Below, one piece after another: positions 9,419-19,529 of a stretch of 64,000 bases of DNA (its first letter is position 1; every line of letters begins with the position of its first letter). The translations under genes were made by a program, and so were the position numbers. This DNA is from Prevotellaceae bacterium UBA7017 (lineage in GTDB: Bacteria > Bacteroidota > Bacteroidia > Bacteroidales > Bacteroidaceae), in the NCBI GenBank assembly GCA_002449535.1, contig DJWZ01000062.1, positions 17,369 to 81,368 of the forward strand, given 5' to 3'. Below the pieces are notes generated by a model. That model saw nothing but the letters and a program-made list of their open reading frames with translations, was not told the origin of the DNA and did not search any database.

Positions 9419-10660
9419 TTATGGTCTGATTTGTCCGTTGCCCTTGATGAGCCATTTGAAGGTGGTAATCTCTTCGAGAGCCATTGGTCCGCGAGGTCCC
9501 AGCTTTTGGGTAGAGATACCTATCTCGGCACCCAGTCCGAACTGTGCACCGTCGGTAAAGCTGGTAGGAGCATTCCAATAGACGCAAGCGGCATCAATCT
9601 GCTTTTGGAACTGTTCTGCTGCAGCGCTGTCGTTGGTTATGATACATTCAGAGTGACCAGAACCATAGCGACTGATATGCTCTATTGCCTCATCAATATT
9701 GTTGACGGTCTTGACAGCCATAGCATAATCCATGAATTCTGTTCCGAAAGAAACTTCTGTAGCCTGTTCCAGAAGGTTGTCAGGATAACTCTTGTTGAGG
9801 AATCCGTAAGCACCCGGGTCTGCATATATCTTTACGTTGAAAGGCACCAGCAACATACCGAGAGTAGGCAAGTCCTTGAGACGGTCCTTATGGACAATGA
9901 GGCAGTCGAGGGCATTGCAGACGCTGACCCTGCGAGTCTTGGCATTGATGATGATGCGGGAAGCCATGTCAAAGTCAGAATCCTTATCCCAGTAAGCGTG
10001 TACCACGCCAGCTCCAGTCTCGATGACAGGCACCTTGGCATTATTGCGTACGAAATCGATGAGTTTTCTGCCACCACGTGGTATGCAGACATCGATATAT
10101 CCTACGGCAGACAACATCTCGGCAGTTGCCTCGTGGGTAGCAGGCAGCAGCTGTACACAGTCAGCATCGGCACCACATTTTGTGATGACCTCCTTGATGA
10201 GGGCAACGATTGCCTTGTTGGATTCGTCAGCATCATGACCACCTTTCAAGACACAGGCATTGCCACTCTTGAAGCAGAGAGAGAAGACATCGAAAGCCAC
10301 ATTAGGACGAGCCTCGAATACCATGCCGATGACTCCGAAAGGAACAGAAACCTTCTTCAGCTGCAGTCCGTTAGGAAGAGTCTTTTCGCTAAGCACCCTG
10401 TTCAATGGAGAGGGTAGGGAAGCCACATTTCGCATATCGCCAGCAATGTCTTCAAGACGCTTCGGTGTTAGTTGCAGACGGTCATAGAGAGGATTTTCCT
10501 TATCCATGAGGCTCAAGTCTTTTGCATTTGCCTCAAGAATAGTCTTTTCGTTGACTTTTATTGCATCAGCCACAGCGAGGAGTATCTCGTTGCGTTTTTC
10601 ATCTGATAAGAGAGCAAGACTGCGTGATGCCTCTTTTGCTAATTGAAACTGTGGTAACAT
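9419..10660 (-). CDS. proA: gamma-glutamyl phosphate reductase
   Basis: FEARPNV, VCNALD, FTDGAQFGLGAEIGISTQKL. Confidence 0.95.
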   Translation of the reverse strand: MLPQFQLAKEASRSLALLSDEKRNEILLAVADAIKVNEKTILEANAKDLSLMDKENPLYDRLQLTPKRLEDIAGDMRNVASLPSPLNRVLSEKTLPNGLQLKKVSVPFGVIGMVFEARPNVAFDVFSLCFKSGNACVLKGGHDADESNKAIVALIKEVITKCGADADCVQLLPATHEATAEMLSAVGYIDVCIPRGGRKLIDFVRNNAKVPVIETGAGVVHAYWDKDSDFDMASRIIINAKTRRVSVCNALDCLIVHKDRLKDLPTLGMLLVPFNVKIYADPGAYGFLNKSYPDNLLEQATEVSFGTEFMDYAMAVKTVNNIDEAIEHISRYGSGHSECIITNDSAAAEQFQKQIDAACVYWNAPTSFTDGAQFGLGAEIGISTQKLGPRGPMALEEITTFKWLIKGNGQIRP

Positions 10661-10687
10661 GTTGTTATGTGGTTTTGAGCGTTGTTT

Positions 10688-11461
10688 CTATTTTGTTTTT
10701 GGAATGAATTCTGTATGTATGGTGTTCTCGGGATTTGTCAGCAGGGCAGGAAGTATATTGTCTCTGTTGCCGTTGGCAATCATCACCTTAATGCCGTTGG
10801 CAGCTACTGTGCGGGCAGTGTGGTACTTTGACTCCATACCGCCTCTGCCGGCACTGCTCTTGCTGGGGAGAATATACTGGTCAAGATTGTCCTCAGGCTT
10901 TACCTGCCTGATAATCTTACTATCGGGATTGTCAGGATTGCCGGTATATATGCCATCTATATTGCTGAGAAGGATGAGCGTCTCGGCTCCCATCATCTGT
11001 GCTATCAGCCCGGAAAGCTCGTCGTTATCGGTGAACATCAGCTCTGTAAGACAGACGGTATCATTTTCGTTGACGATAGGTATGACGCCATTGTCAAGCA
11101 TCAGAGCCATGCAGTTACGCTGGTTCTTATACTGTTCTCCTGCCTCGAAATTCTCCTTCATCGTCAGCACCTGTCCGATATGGATGTTGTATTCACGGAA
11201 AAGGTCATAGTAAAGGTTTATGAGCTTCACCTGACCCATAGCAGAGAACAGTTGGCGCTGTTCTGCAGAATCCAGTTCATGGTCCACCTTCAGTTCCTGC
11301 CGTCCGCATGCCACTGCACCAGAGCTGACAAGTATCACCTCATAATGGTTTTGCTTGAGCCATGCTATCTGGTCAACGAGAGCCGAGAGCCTTGTGATAT
11401 TTAGTTTGCCTTTTGTGGTAGTGAGCACATTAGAGCCCACTTTTACTACTATACGAGACAT
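10688..11461 (-). CDS. proB: glutamate 5-kinase (no PUA domain)
   Basis: VVKVGSNVL, VSSGAV, NENDTV, FTDNDELS, GRGGMESK. Confidence 0.95.
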   Translation of the reverse strand: MSRIVVKVGSNVLTTTKGKLNITRLSALVDQIAWLKQNHYEVILVSSGAVACGRQELKVDHELDSAEQRQLFSAMGQVKLINLYYDLFREYNIHIGQVLTMKENFEAGEQYKNQRNCMALMLDNGVIPIVNENDTVCLTELMFTDNDELSGLIAQMMGAETLILLSNIDGIYTGNPDNPDSKIIRQVKPEDNLDQYILPSKSSAGRGGMESKYHTARTVAANGIKVMIANGNRDNILPALLTNPENTIHTEFIPKTK

Positions 11462-11482
11462 CTTGTATGAATTCAGTATTTT

Positions 11483-12277
11483 TTATTTTAGTCCGGCTTT
11501 CAGGCTGCGTATGACAGCAGAATTGAAGCCGCTATGATCTAATTCGTTGAGTCCCTTGATAGTTACTCCTCCAGGGGTTGTAACCTTGTCAATAGCCTCT
11601 TCCGGATGCCAGCCTGTTTCCTTCAATAGAGACACTGCGCCCTGCATCGTCTGCAATGCTATCTGTTTAGCCTGATTAGGATAGAATCCCATTTCGCAAC
11701 CGCCCTCCATCTGGGCGCGGATATAGCGCATGACATAAGCGATGCCGCAAGAAGCCATCATCATACCGGGGCCGACAAGATTTTCTGCTACGACGAGAGT
11801 GTCGCCACAGAGAGAATACAGAGCCTCTACCTTTGCAAAAGCCTCCTCCGAGGTGTCCTTGCCTTTGGCAATAAATGACATACTGGCACCGAATTCGGCA
11901 GCGATATTAGGGATGACATAGCAGATGTTACCGGCACCCAGTTTCTCCTCTACCTTGTCGGTAGTAAAGTTGGCGGCATCGGAAACGATAATCTGTTCCT
12001 GCATATTGAGGACTGGCTTTATCTCATCAAGCACTGTTGGCATCAACCAGGGTTTTACAACAACCACAACGATGTTGGCATCATTTACGGCAGCCACATT
12101 GTCAGTGGTAGTGGTGATGGATGGATACTTGCTTTTGAAAGACTCCAAAAGTGCCTCGTTCTTGTCAGCAATGGTGAGGGCTACCTCCTTGGACTTTGCC
12201 CATCCATGAATGAGGGCCCCTCCCATGTTTCCACAACCTATTACGGCAACACGAATGTTATGTATGTTTGCTTTCAT
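11483..12277 (-). CDS. proC: pyrroline-5-carboxylate reductase
   Basis: IGCGNMGGA, VKPW, VTTPGGVTIKGL. Confidence 0.92.
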   Translation of the reverse strand: MKANIHNIRVAVIGCGNMGGALIHGWAKSKEVALTIADKNEALLESFKSKYPSITTTTDNVAAVNDANIVVVVVKPWLMPTVLDEIKPVLNMQEQIIVSDAANFTTDKVEEKLGAGNICYVIPNIAAEFGASMSFIAKGKDTSEEAFAKVEALYSLCGDTLVVAENLVGPGMMMASCGIAYVMRYIRAQMEGGCEMGFYPNQAKQIALQTMQGAVSLLKETGWHPEEAIDKVTTPGGVTIKGLNELDHSGFNSAVIRSLKAGLK

Positions 12278-12304
12278 TTGTTGACAATTCTGTTAAATAG
12301 ATAC

Positions 12305-13444
12305 TTAAATTACTTTCTTCAGGCGTGAGATGAATGTATCTACATCAGCCTTTGTGAGGCAGAGAGGTGGCAGCAGACGCAGCAGATTGGTTCCTGCACA
12401 ACCTGTGAAGCAATGCTGGTCATATACCAAAGGCTTCCGAACCTCTGCATGGGGCTTGTCGAATTCTACGCCAATCATGAGACCGCGACCTCTTACATCT
12501 GTGATATGTGAACCTTCCGGAGATGCCTGCAGCTTCTTCAGTTCTGCCATGAGATATTCACCTACTTCGTGAGTGTTCTCAATGAGATTTTCTTCTTCCA
12601 TGACATCCAGCACAGCCAAAGCAGCCGTACATGCAAGATGGTTACCGCCAAAGGTTGTTCCGAGCATACCATAGACAGGCTTGAACTCTGGAGAAATAAG
12701 CACACCGCTCATAGGGAAACCGTTACCGATGCCTTTTGCAACGGTAATCATGTCAGGACGGATGCCAAGCCACTGGTGTGCGAAGAATTTTCCGCTTCTT
12801 CCGTAGCCGCATTGTATCTCGTCGCAAATGAGAACGGTGCCGTTTGCCTTACAAGCCTTTTCCAGCCCCTGGGCAAATTCAGCGGTAGCCATCTGTATGC
12901 CGCCGACACCTTGAATACATTCCAAGATAACGGCGCAAACATCGCCCTTTGCCAATTCTGCCTCCCAAGCAGGAAGGTCGTTCATGGGCAGGAACGTAAC
13001 ATGTCCGTTGTCGTTGATAGGAGCTACAATCTTCGGATTGTTAGTTACCTCGACAGCGAGGGAAGTACGTCCGTGGAATGCTTTCTGGACAGACAGGACA
13101 CGCTTGCGACCATTTGTGAAGGATGCCAGCTTCAGGGCATTCTCGTTAGCTTCGGCACCGGAATTGATAAGGAAAAGCTGGTAGTCGTCATAACCGCTAA
13201 TCTTGCCGAGGCGTTCTGCCAGCTGTACCTGTAGCTTGTTCTGTACAGAGTTGGAATAAAATCCCAAAGTATTGAGTTGCTTGGTCATCATCTCCACATA
13301 ATGAGGGTGGCAATGACCTATGCTGATAACGGCATGTCCGCCATAGAGGTCTAAATATTCCTGACCTTTATCGTCCCAAACCTTACAGCCTTGTCCCTTG
13401 ACAATATTTACGTCGAAAAGGGGATATACATCGAATAGTTTCAT
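12305..13444 (-). CDS. argD: acetylornithine aminotransferase
   Basis: NSGAEANE, FHGRT, DEIQCGYGRSG, AKGIGNG. Confidence 0.92.
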   Translation of the reverse strand: MKLFDVYPLFDVNIVKGQGCKVWDDKGQEYLDLYGGHAVISIGHCHPHYVEMMTKQLNTLGFYSNSVQNKLQVQLAERLGKISGYDDYQLFLINSGAEANENALKLASFTNGRKRVLSVQKAFHGRTSLAVEVTNNPKIVAPINDNGHVTFLPMNDLPAWEAELAKGDVCAVILECIQGVGGIQMATAEFAQGLEKACKANGTVLICDEIQCGYGRSGKFFAHQWLGIRPDMITVAKGIGNGFPMSGVLISPEFKPVYGMLGTTFGGNHLACTAALAVLDVMEEENLIENTHEVGEYLMAELKKLQASPEGSHITDVRGRGLMIGVEFDKPHAEVRKPLVYDQHCFTGCAGTNLLRLLPPLCLTKADVDTFISRLKKVI

Positions 13445-13479
13445 TTTTTATTTTCAATTATCAATTATCAATTTTCAAT

Positions 13480-14499
13480 TTAGAAGGCGCTTGCCTTGAG
13501 CTTCAATCCTGCAGTTTCGTCGAGTCCGAACATGATGTTCATATTCTGCACGGCTTGTCCCACTGCTCCCTTGAGGAGATTGTCGATAATGGATGTTACG
13601 ACGACCTTGCGTCCAAAGACGTCAATGTGTACGAGAGCCTTGCTGGTGTTTACCACCTGCTTCATGTCCAGTGCCTTGTCGCTATAGTGTGTCATGGTGG
13701 CATCGGCATAGAAGTCTTTATATAGTGCCACCAACTCTGCTGCATCATGAGGCTTGTCCAGTGTTACCATTTCGGTACAGAAAATGCCTCGTGGGAAATC
13801 ACCGCGATAAGGTATGAAGTCAACGGTTATGCCTGTTGCGTCATAGCCCTCCTCCAATGTGTCTATGACATGTGGAGCATCGGCAGGCTTCAACTCGTTC
13901 AGGGTTTGGCATATCTCGTGCAGATGCTGGTGTGTAAACAGTTTATACACGGAGAAGTTGTTGTCGCGCCAAGAGAAGTGGGTCGTTGCCGCAGGCTTTT
14001 GTCCTGCTCCTGTAGAACCCGTTACGGCATTTACTGCTATGTCGTGAGTCAGCAAGCCTGCTTTTGCCAAAGGCAGCAATCCCAACTGTATGCATGTAGC
14101 GAAGCAGCCTGGGTTGGCAAGATGTTGGCAACGGCTTATAGCGTCACGATGTGTCTCTGGCAATCCATAGACATAGTCGTGTGTCGGTGCCACGATGCGG
14201 AAGTCCTGTGCAAGGTCTATAATCTTCACATTGGCGGGGATAGTGTGTTCCTTTAGGAAGGCTTCAGACTTTCCGTGACCAAAGCAGAAGAATACGACAT
14301 CAACATCCTCGAAAGGCATCTCTGATGTAAACTCCAGTTCTGTTTCGCCAATTAGTCCTTCGTGGATATCACAGACTTTGTTTCCAGCATTTGATTCGCT
14401 GTTAGCAAAGACAATTTGTACGTCAGGATGGTTAATTAATAGCCTTATCAACTCGCTGCCGGTATATCCGGCAGCACCAAGTATGCCTACTTTTACCAT
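13480..14499 (-). CDS. argC: N-acetyl-gamma-glutamyl-phosphate reductase
   Basis: GAAGYTG, ANPGCFAT, DNLLKGAVGQAVQNMN. Confidence 0.95.
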   Translation of the reverse strand: MVKVGILGAAGYTGSELIRLLINHPDVQIVFANSESNAGNKVCDIHEGLIGETELEFTSEMPFEDVDVVFFCFGHGKSEAFLKEHTIPANVKIIDLAQDFRIVAPTHDYVYGLPETHRDAISRCQHLANPGCFATCIQLGLLPLAKAGLLTHDIAVNAVTGSTGAGQKPAATTHFSWRDNNFSVYKLFTHQHLHEICQTLNELKPADAPHVIDTLEEGYDATGITVDFIPYRGDFPRGIFCTEMVTLDKPHDAAELVALYKDFYADATMTHYSDKALDMKQVVNTSKALVHIDVFGRKVVVTSIIDNLLKGAVGQAVQNMNIMFGLDETAGLKLKASAF

Positions 14500-14696
14500 T
14501 GTTGTTTGTTTTTAGAAGGTATAATCCAATAGAGAATAGGGTAGAGTATAATACCAGGAAATCCCGCACAAATTATTGTCAGTATAGCATAAGCTATTCT
14601 GACCATTGTAGGGTCGAGGTTAAAATACTCTGCTATTCCTGCACAGACACCGCCCAACAGGCGATTGTCTGATAGCGTTAGAGGCTTTTTGTCCAT
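14493..14696 (-). CDS. PspC domain membrane protein
   Basis: LGGVCAGIAEYFNLDPTMVR followed by a hydrophobic helix. Confidence 0.85.
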   Translation of the reverse strand: MDKKPLTLSDNRLLGGVCAGIAEYFNLDPTMVRIAYAILTIICAGFPGIILYPILYWIIPSKNKQQW

Positions 14697-14703
14697 ATTC
14701 TTT

Positions 14704-15897
14704 TTATCTTCTCTCGTTTGGGTGTGCCAGATAATATGCTCTCAGCGCTGTAGAAGAAACCTTTATGAAGCCTTTGGCATCTTCAGAAGACCATGCCTTT
14801 GCTGTTTCACCGTATTCTCCCAGCTTGTTCTTGACGAGGTCGTTAGGAGAATCTACACCAACTGTCTGGAAGCACAGAGGATGCAGCTCCAGTGTCACCT
14901 CGCCGGTTACGTTGCGCTGTGATGATGTCAGCATTGCCTCGATGTCTGGCATTACAGGCTCCAAGTACTGGCTCTCATGCAGGAACATGCCATACCAGTT
15001 GCTTACCTGGTCTTTCCAGTATTGCTGCCACTTGCTCAAGGTATATTTCTCAAGGAATCTGTGGGCGCCGATGATAAGCATTGGGGCAGCAGCCTCAAAA
15101 CCTACACGACCCTTGATGCCGATGATGGTGTCGCCAACGTGGCAGTCACGACCGATGCCGTATGCTGCACCTATTTCCTCAACTGCCTGGATGGCTTTAA
15201 TCTTGTCGTCATACTTTACGCCGTTAACGCTGCATAATTCTCCTTTTTCAAAGCCGAGCTTCAGAGTTTCTGGACCTTCTTTCGTAGGGTGCTTCAGGTA
15301 TGCACTTTCAGGGAGTCCCAGCTTAGAGTCGAGAATCTCGCCGCCACAGATAGAGGTTCCCCAGATACCTACATTATATGAATACTTCAGCTTTGTGAAG
15401 TCAGCATGGAAACCGTGTGCGTTAAGGTAGTCGATTTCTTCCTGGCGTGAGAGGTTGCCGTCACGTGTGAGTGTGATAATCTCTACGCCTGGAGCCATAA
15501 CGAGGAATGTCATGTCGAAACGTATCTGGTCGTTGCCTGCTCCTGTAGAACCGTGAGCGATAGCATCAGCACCAATCTCGTTGGCATAGCGAGCTATGGC
15601 GATAGCCTGGAATATACGCTCTGAGCTGACGGAGATAGGGTAGCAGTTGTTACGCAACACATTGCCATATACCATATATTTCAGAGACTTCTCATAATAT
15701 TCCTGTGTCACGTCAAGGGTAACATATTTCTTTGCACCTAACTTGTAGGCATTTTCTTCGTTTGTCTTCAGTTGTTCTGCTGAGAAACCACCAGTGTTGG
15801 CGCAAGCTGCATATACCTCATAACCGTCCTGTGCCAATTTCATTACTGTGTAAGAGGTATCAAGACCTCCGCTGAAAGCTACTACTACTTTTTTCAT
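14704..15897 (-). CDS. argG: argininosuccinate synthase
   Basis: AFSGGLDTS, AHGSTGAGNDQIRF, IKGRVGFEA. Confidence 0.95.
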   Translation of the reverse strand: MKKVVVAFSGGLDTSYTVMKLAQDGYEVYAACANTGGFSAEQLKTNEENAYKLGAKKYVTLDVTQEYYEKSLKYMVYGNVLRNNCYPISVSSERIFQAIAIARYANEIGADAIAHGSTGAGNDQIRFDMTFLVMAPGVEIITLTRDGNLSRQEEIDYLNAHGFHADFTKLKYSYNVGIWGTSICGGEILDSKLGLPESAYLKHPTKEGPETLKLGFEKGELCSVNGVKYDDKIKAIQAVEEIGAAYGIGRDCHVGDTIIGIKGRVGFEAAAPMLIIGAHRFLEKYTLSKWQQYWKDQVSNWYGMFLHESQYLEPVMPDIEAMLTSSQRNVTGEVTLELHPLCFQTVGVDSPNDLVKNKLGEYGETAKAWSSEDAKGFIKVSSTALRAYYLAHPNERR

Positions 15898-15940
15898 TTT
15901 CTATGTCTTTTTATATTATTATTCAATAGTTATTCAATGT

Positions 15941-16567
15941 TTAAAACTCAATTCCTCTCTTCGCCAGTGTCTTCATAACATCCTGAAAGACGCAGGCAGG
16001 CGTTGGCTCGCCTGTATGCTGCTTGGGGTCATATAGCATACCTGTGCAGATGCAGAATTTCCTGTTCTTTGCAACAAGGATGTCATGATTTATGCATCCT
16101 CTGCATCCTCTCCAGAAAGCGTCGTCGTCCGTTAGCTGGTTAAAACTTACTGGAACATATCCAAGCGCAGTATTCATCTTCATGACGGCATCGCCAGATG
16201 TCAATGAGAATATCTTTGCCTCCGGCCATCGCACTCTTGCAAGTGTGAAGGTGTAGTCCTTGATGTGTTTCGCAACTCCCAGTCCCTGATAGTCGGGATG
16301 TACTATAAGCCCTGATGTCGTGACATACTGCTTGTTGCCCCATGTCTCTATGTATGAGAAGCCTACGAAGCGGTCGTTCTCGTCGAGGGCGATAACGGCT
16401 TTCCCTTCCTTCATCTTTGTGGCTACATATTCATGGGTGCGTTCTGCAATGCCGGTGCCACGCTTCTTGGCAGCCTCGCGGATTGTGTCGAGAATCTCAT
16501 CTACATATTTCTCATGGGATGCGTCAGCAACCAATATGCGAATGTTATGTTTGTTTTCTTTATCCAT
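15941..16567 (-). CDS. GNAT N-acetyltransferase (Bacteroidetes ArgA-type)
   Basis: RGTGIAER, SGLIVHPDYQGLG, Cys-rich C-terminus; lies between argR and argG. Confidence 0.8.
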   Translation of the reverse strand: MDKENKHNIRILVADASHEKYVDEILDTIREAAKKRGTGIAERTHEYVATKMKEGKAVIALDENDRFVGFSYIETWGNKQYVTTSGLIVHPDYQGLGVAKHIKDYTFTLARVRWPEAKIFSLTSGDAVMKMNTALGYVPVSFNQLTDDDAFWRGCRGCINHDILVAKNRKFCICTGMLYDPKQHTGEPTPACVFQDVMKTLAKRGIEF

Positions 16568-16645
16568 ATCTATTTTTAGTTCATAATGCATAATTTTCAC
16601 TCCCTTTTCACTCCCTTCTTACTCCCTTCTCACTCCGTTTTTAAA

Positions 16646-17149
16646 TCATAAGTCCGGAATTACCGCGCTCAGTTGGTCTATTACGTCTATATGGCTTGCC
16701 CCGTCTCTTATGACAAGGAAGATAGTATCGTCGCCGGCTATAGTCCCGAGGATGTCTTTCAGGTTGGCGGAATCTATGTTGCTCGCTATGCCGTTTGCAA
16801 ATCCCGGGCGAGTGTGTATCACTGCCATGTTGCCTGAGAAAGAGATGCCCTGATATGCGTTCTGGATATTCTGCGTAACCTCAGAAACTATACCTTGAGT
16901 GCTTCGAAGGGGATTATGTTGCCTTTTGTATGCAGTCTCGTGAGGTATGGCATAATAGTAGTTGCCCTCGCCGTTTGCCGCCTTTGCAACTTTCAGTCGC
17001 TTGAAGTCGCGTGACAACGTGCTTTGGGTGACATTTATGCCTTGGCGGGCAAGAGCCTGTATCACCTCGTCCTGAGAGCTCATCTCGTTCTGAGTCAGCA
17101 ACAGCCTTAATGCCGCCAGCCTGTCGTTTTTATTATATGTCCTTTGCAT
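16646..17149 (-). CDS. argR: arginine repressor
   Basis: TQSTLSRD and GTIAGDDT. Confidence 0.95.
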   Translation of the reverse strand: MQRTYNKNDRLAALRLLLTQNEMSSQDEVIQALARQGINVTQSTLSRDFKRLKVAKAANGEGNYYYAIPHETAYKRQHNPLRSTQGIVSEVTQNIQNAYQGISFSGNMAVIHTRPGFANGIASNIDSANLKDILGTIAGDDTIFLVIRDGASHIDVIDQLSAVIPDL

Positions 17150-17327
17150 ATATATCGAAATTTGCAAGTTTCAATGTGCAATGTTGCGGTTAAGCGAGAA
17201 CAGAAGTCAAATGTATTTGAACTTTGTCGAGCGATAGCAACTTCGCAAACGGAATAAATCTCCGGCAAGGAGATTTGCATCTTAAAGTTGCTTTTAGATG
17301 CTTACGATATTTTATCGTTTCGGTTTG

Positions 17328-17400
17328 CAAAGGTAGGCATTTTTATGCAAACAACCAAATAAAAATGCAAAAATATGCAGGATTTTGCATTTTTTGTACA
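17328..17400 (-). promoter_or_regulatory. argR operon promoter with ARG boxes
   Basis: -7 box TACCTTTG (reverse complement of 17328-17335), with adjacent GGCATTTTTATGCA, TGCAAAAATATGCA (17366-17379) and TGCATTTTTTGTACA (17386-17400), similar to the TGCAT-N4-ATGCA consensus. Confidence 0.7.
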
Positions 17401-17468
17401 ATTACGCTGTAGAAAAAGAAATCTCCTTCCCAATGTTTATGAAACAAGTAGTTCTGATAGAATAACAA

Positions 17469-17985
17469 TTTTACATACATGCCTACACCAATCAGTACAA
17501 ATGTCTTGTTTTCAGTGTTTTACACTATAATTTGCCTGCACCGAGCCTACACTAAGCATACACCAAACCTACACCAAGCCTACACCTTTTTGTGGGAATT
17601 GTACTAAAATAGCACGAAAACATATACACAGAAGCATCTATTTTATGCTATATAGGGAGGGAACAAAAAAGCAATAGTGAAGTAACAAGATTTCTTCCGA
17701 ATAGCAGCATTTAAATTCTCTCGAGAATTTTGTGCCTACATAACTATGCAGCAAAAATTACCCTACTATGGAGTTGACAAATTCTCTCGAGAATTATTGA
17801 ACTCCACTGGGATGTAGGTTTTGATATGCTACAATCGAAGATTTGCTACATTCCTATCAAAAATTTTGACTGTGCTTGGTGTAGGCAGGGTGTAGGCAGG
17901 GTGTATGCTTGGTGTAGGTTAAAAATCTCATTACTTATTTATTATCAATATCTTACGCCATAAGGGTGTAGGCATGTAGGTAAAA
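17469..17985. repeat. inverted-repeat element A with CCTACACC iterons
   Basis: 21-bp terminal IR with 1 mismatch (17469-17489 / 17965-17985); five direct 11-bp-period units at 17534-17586 and four inverted units at 17878-17919. Confidence 0.85.
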
Positions 17986-18264
17986 ATGAAAAATTCCTTA
18001 CAAAAAAATGCTATTTTAATCCCCCCACTTTTCTTCCTCCCTTGGGATACTTGGATTCGCTGTTAACCTATTAAAGCCGATTGATTTTGTTATCTTTCTT
18101 GAAAAATATTTCAGTTTTCTTTGCAGGTTTGAAAAATAGTTGTAATTTTGACCTGTCGGTCTAAGGTACTCCGTTATGGAAATAAAATAAAAAAATGTCT
18201 TTTTATTTTCATTTCTCATAACTTAATCGTACCTTTGCAGCATGAAATCTAAATAAATATAGGA

Positions 18265-18528
18265 ATGGATACTAATATTATTACTCCTAATTCACCTATC
18301 AGTGCAAGATATTGGTCTGAACTTAAGGGCTTGAGCAATGATGTCAAATTAGAACTCATCTCATTGCTCAGCAGTTCTATGGTTTCTCCGAGTACTGAAA
18401 AACACAAGTCGCGCAAAGGATGGGCTAGCCGTTTTTGTGGTACATGGAAGGACAATCGTTCTGCAGAAGAGATAATCAAAGAGATACGTGATGCACGCAC
18501 AACCAACACAATAGATATCAAGTTATGA
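18265..18528 (+). CDS. putative VapB-type antitoxin
   Basis: 87 aa with FCGTWKDNRSAEEII; its stop overlaps (ATGA) the start of a PIN-like ORF. Confidence 0.65.
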   Translation: MDTNIITPNSPISARYWSELKGLSNDVKLELISLLSSSMVSPSTEKHKSRKGWASRFCGTWKDNRSAEEIIKEIRDARTTNTIDIKL

Positions 18529-18653
18529 AAGGCTATTTGCTTGATACCAGCATCTGTATTTTTCTTCTCAGAGGAAATCGGGCAATAGAGGAAAAGCTTA
18601 ATTCTGTAGATACAGATAACTGCTACATTACTGATGCGGTACTTATGTTTTGA
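18525..18653 (+). pseudogene. truncated VapC/PIN toxin
   Basis: MKGYLLDTSICIFLLRG... is a PIN N-terminus (LDT motif) that stops after 42 codons. Confidence 0.75.
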
Positions 18654-18713
18654 AAAATGATTTGTTATATCCAAAATATTAACTATATTTGCAAGCGAAT
18701 GTGCTAAATACTA

Positions 18714-19424
18714 ATGATTATGGATAGAGAAGAATTATTTGAAGAGTTTATTAATGAATGCGAGAAAGAACCACTAACCTTTTGCGGTCAAGGAAATCCC
18801 AATGCTGATATTTTGATTATCGGTAAAGAGTCAACGGATACAAGTGAGGCTCTTATTCGTGATAAAATTAGGCTATGCAGGGATAAAGTAAATCGAGATG
18901 CACCAAGAGACATTAATTCCCAAAACAAGACTTGGTGTTATTATCAAAAGTTAATTGATGAAATATACCAACGTAAGTCAGAAGAACCTAACAAATGGGA
19001 TTTTGAAAAGCTTGCTTTTACAACTGAAATGAACAATATCCCAAGCAAGCATTCTTATCTTACAAAAGAAATAAAGGATGGTATAAATAAACGCTTGCAA
19101 TTTTTCAAAGATTCACGTTTTATTAAGTCATTTCCTGTGGTAATTCTAGCCTGTTCTAATTATATTAATAACGACAAAAAGAACGGGTACCAGATTAACC
19201 AAACTTTTGGTGTTGAATTTGATAATGAGCCAAATAGTGATGGGAGCCCAATAGGCGAGCACAAGAAAAAGTATCCCACAGGTTTTTGGTTTTATACTCA
19301 TCATAGTAAAGATAAACAGAAACTCGTCATACATACCGTTCAATTAAGCCAAATTCAAAATGATATGATTGAGGATATGGCAAATGAAACTAGAGACCAT
19401 CTAACAAAACTTGGTAAAATATGA
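18714..19424 (+). CDS. hypothetical protein, possible uracil-DNA-glycosylase-like fold
   Basis: GQGNPNADILIIGKE resembles the UDG-superfamily N-terminal motif; AT-rich coding sequence. Confidence 0.5.
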   Translation: MIMDREELFEEFINECEKEPLTFCGQGNPNADILIIGKESTDTSEALIRDKIRLCRDKVNRDAPRDINSQNKTWCYYQKLIDEIYQRKSEEPNKWDFEKLAFTTEMNNIPSKHSYLTKEIKDGINKRLQFFKDSRFIKSFPVVILACSNYINNDKKNGYQINQTFGVEFDNEPNSDGSPIGEHKKKYPTGFWFYTHHSKDKQKLVIHTVQLSQIQNDMIEDMANETRDHLTKLGKI

Positions 19425-19529
19425 TACAACGAAAATTTAAAATCAAAGAGTTAGAAAAGCGTCTTTCAAATTTGAAATAGTTAGCTCAATACGATAAATA
19501 AACGATGAGATTTGTGTTTCTTCATTATT

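Noticed and set aside
9431..10417. Long antisense ORFs (also 28-789, 3183-3950, 7522-8328, 39296-40021)
   Set aside because: They shadow well-supported genes on the opposite strand and show no recognisable motifs.
17224..17320. Hairpins in the argR leader as a riboswitch or attenuator
   Set aside because: No recognisable aptamer or Arg-rich leader peptide; ARG boxes already explain regulation.
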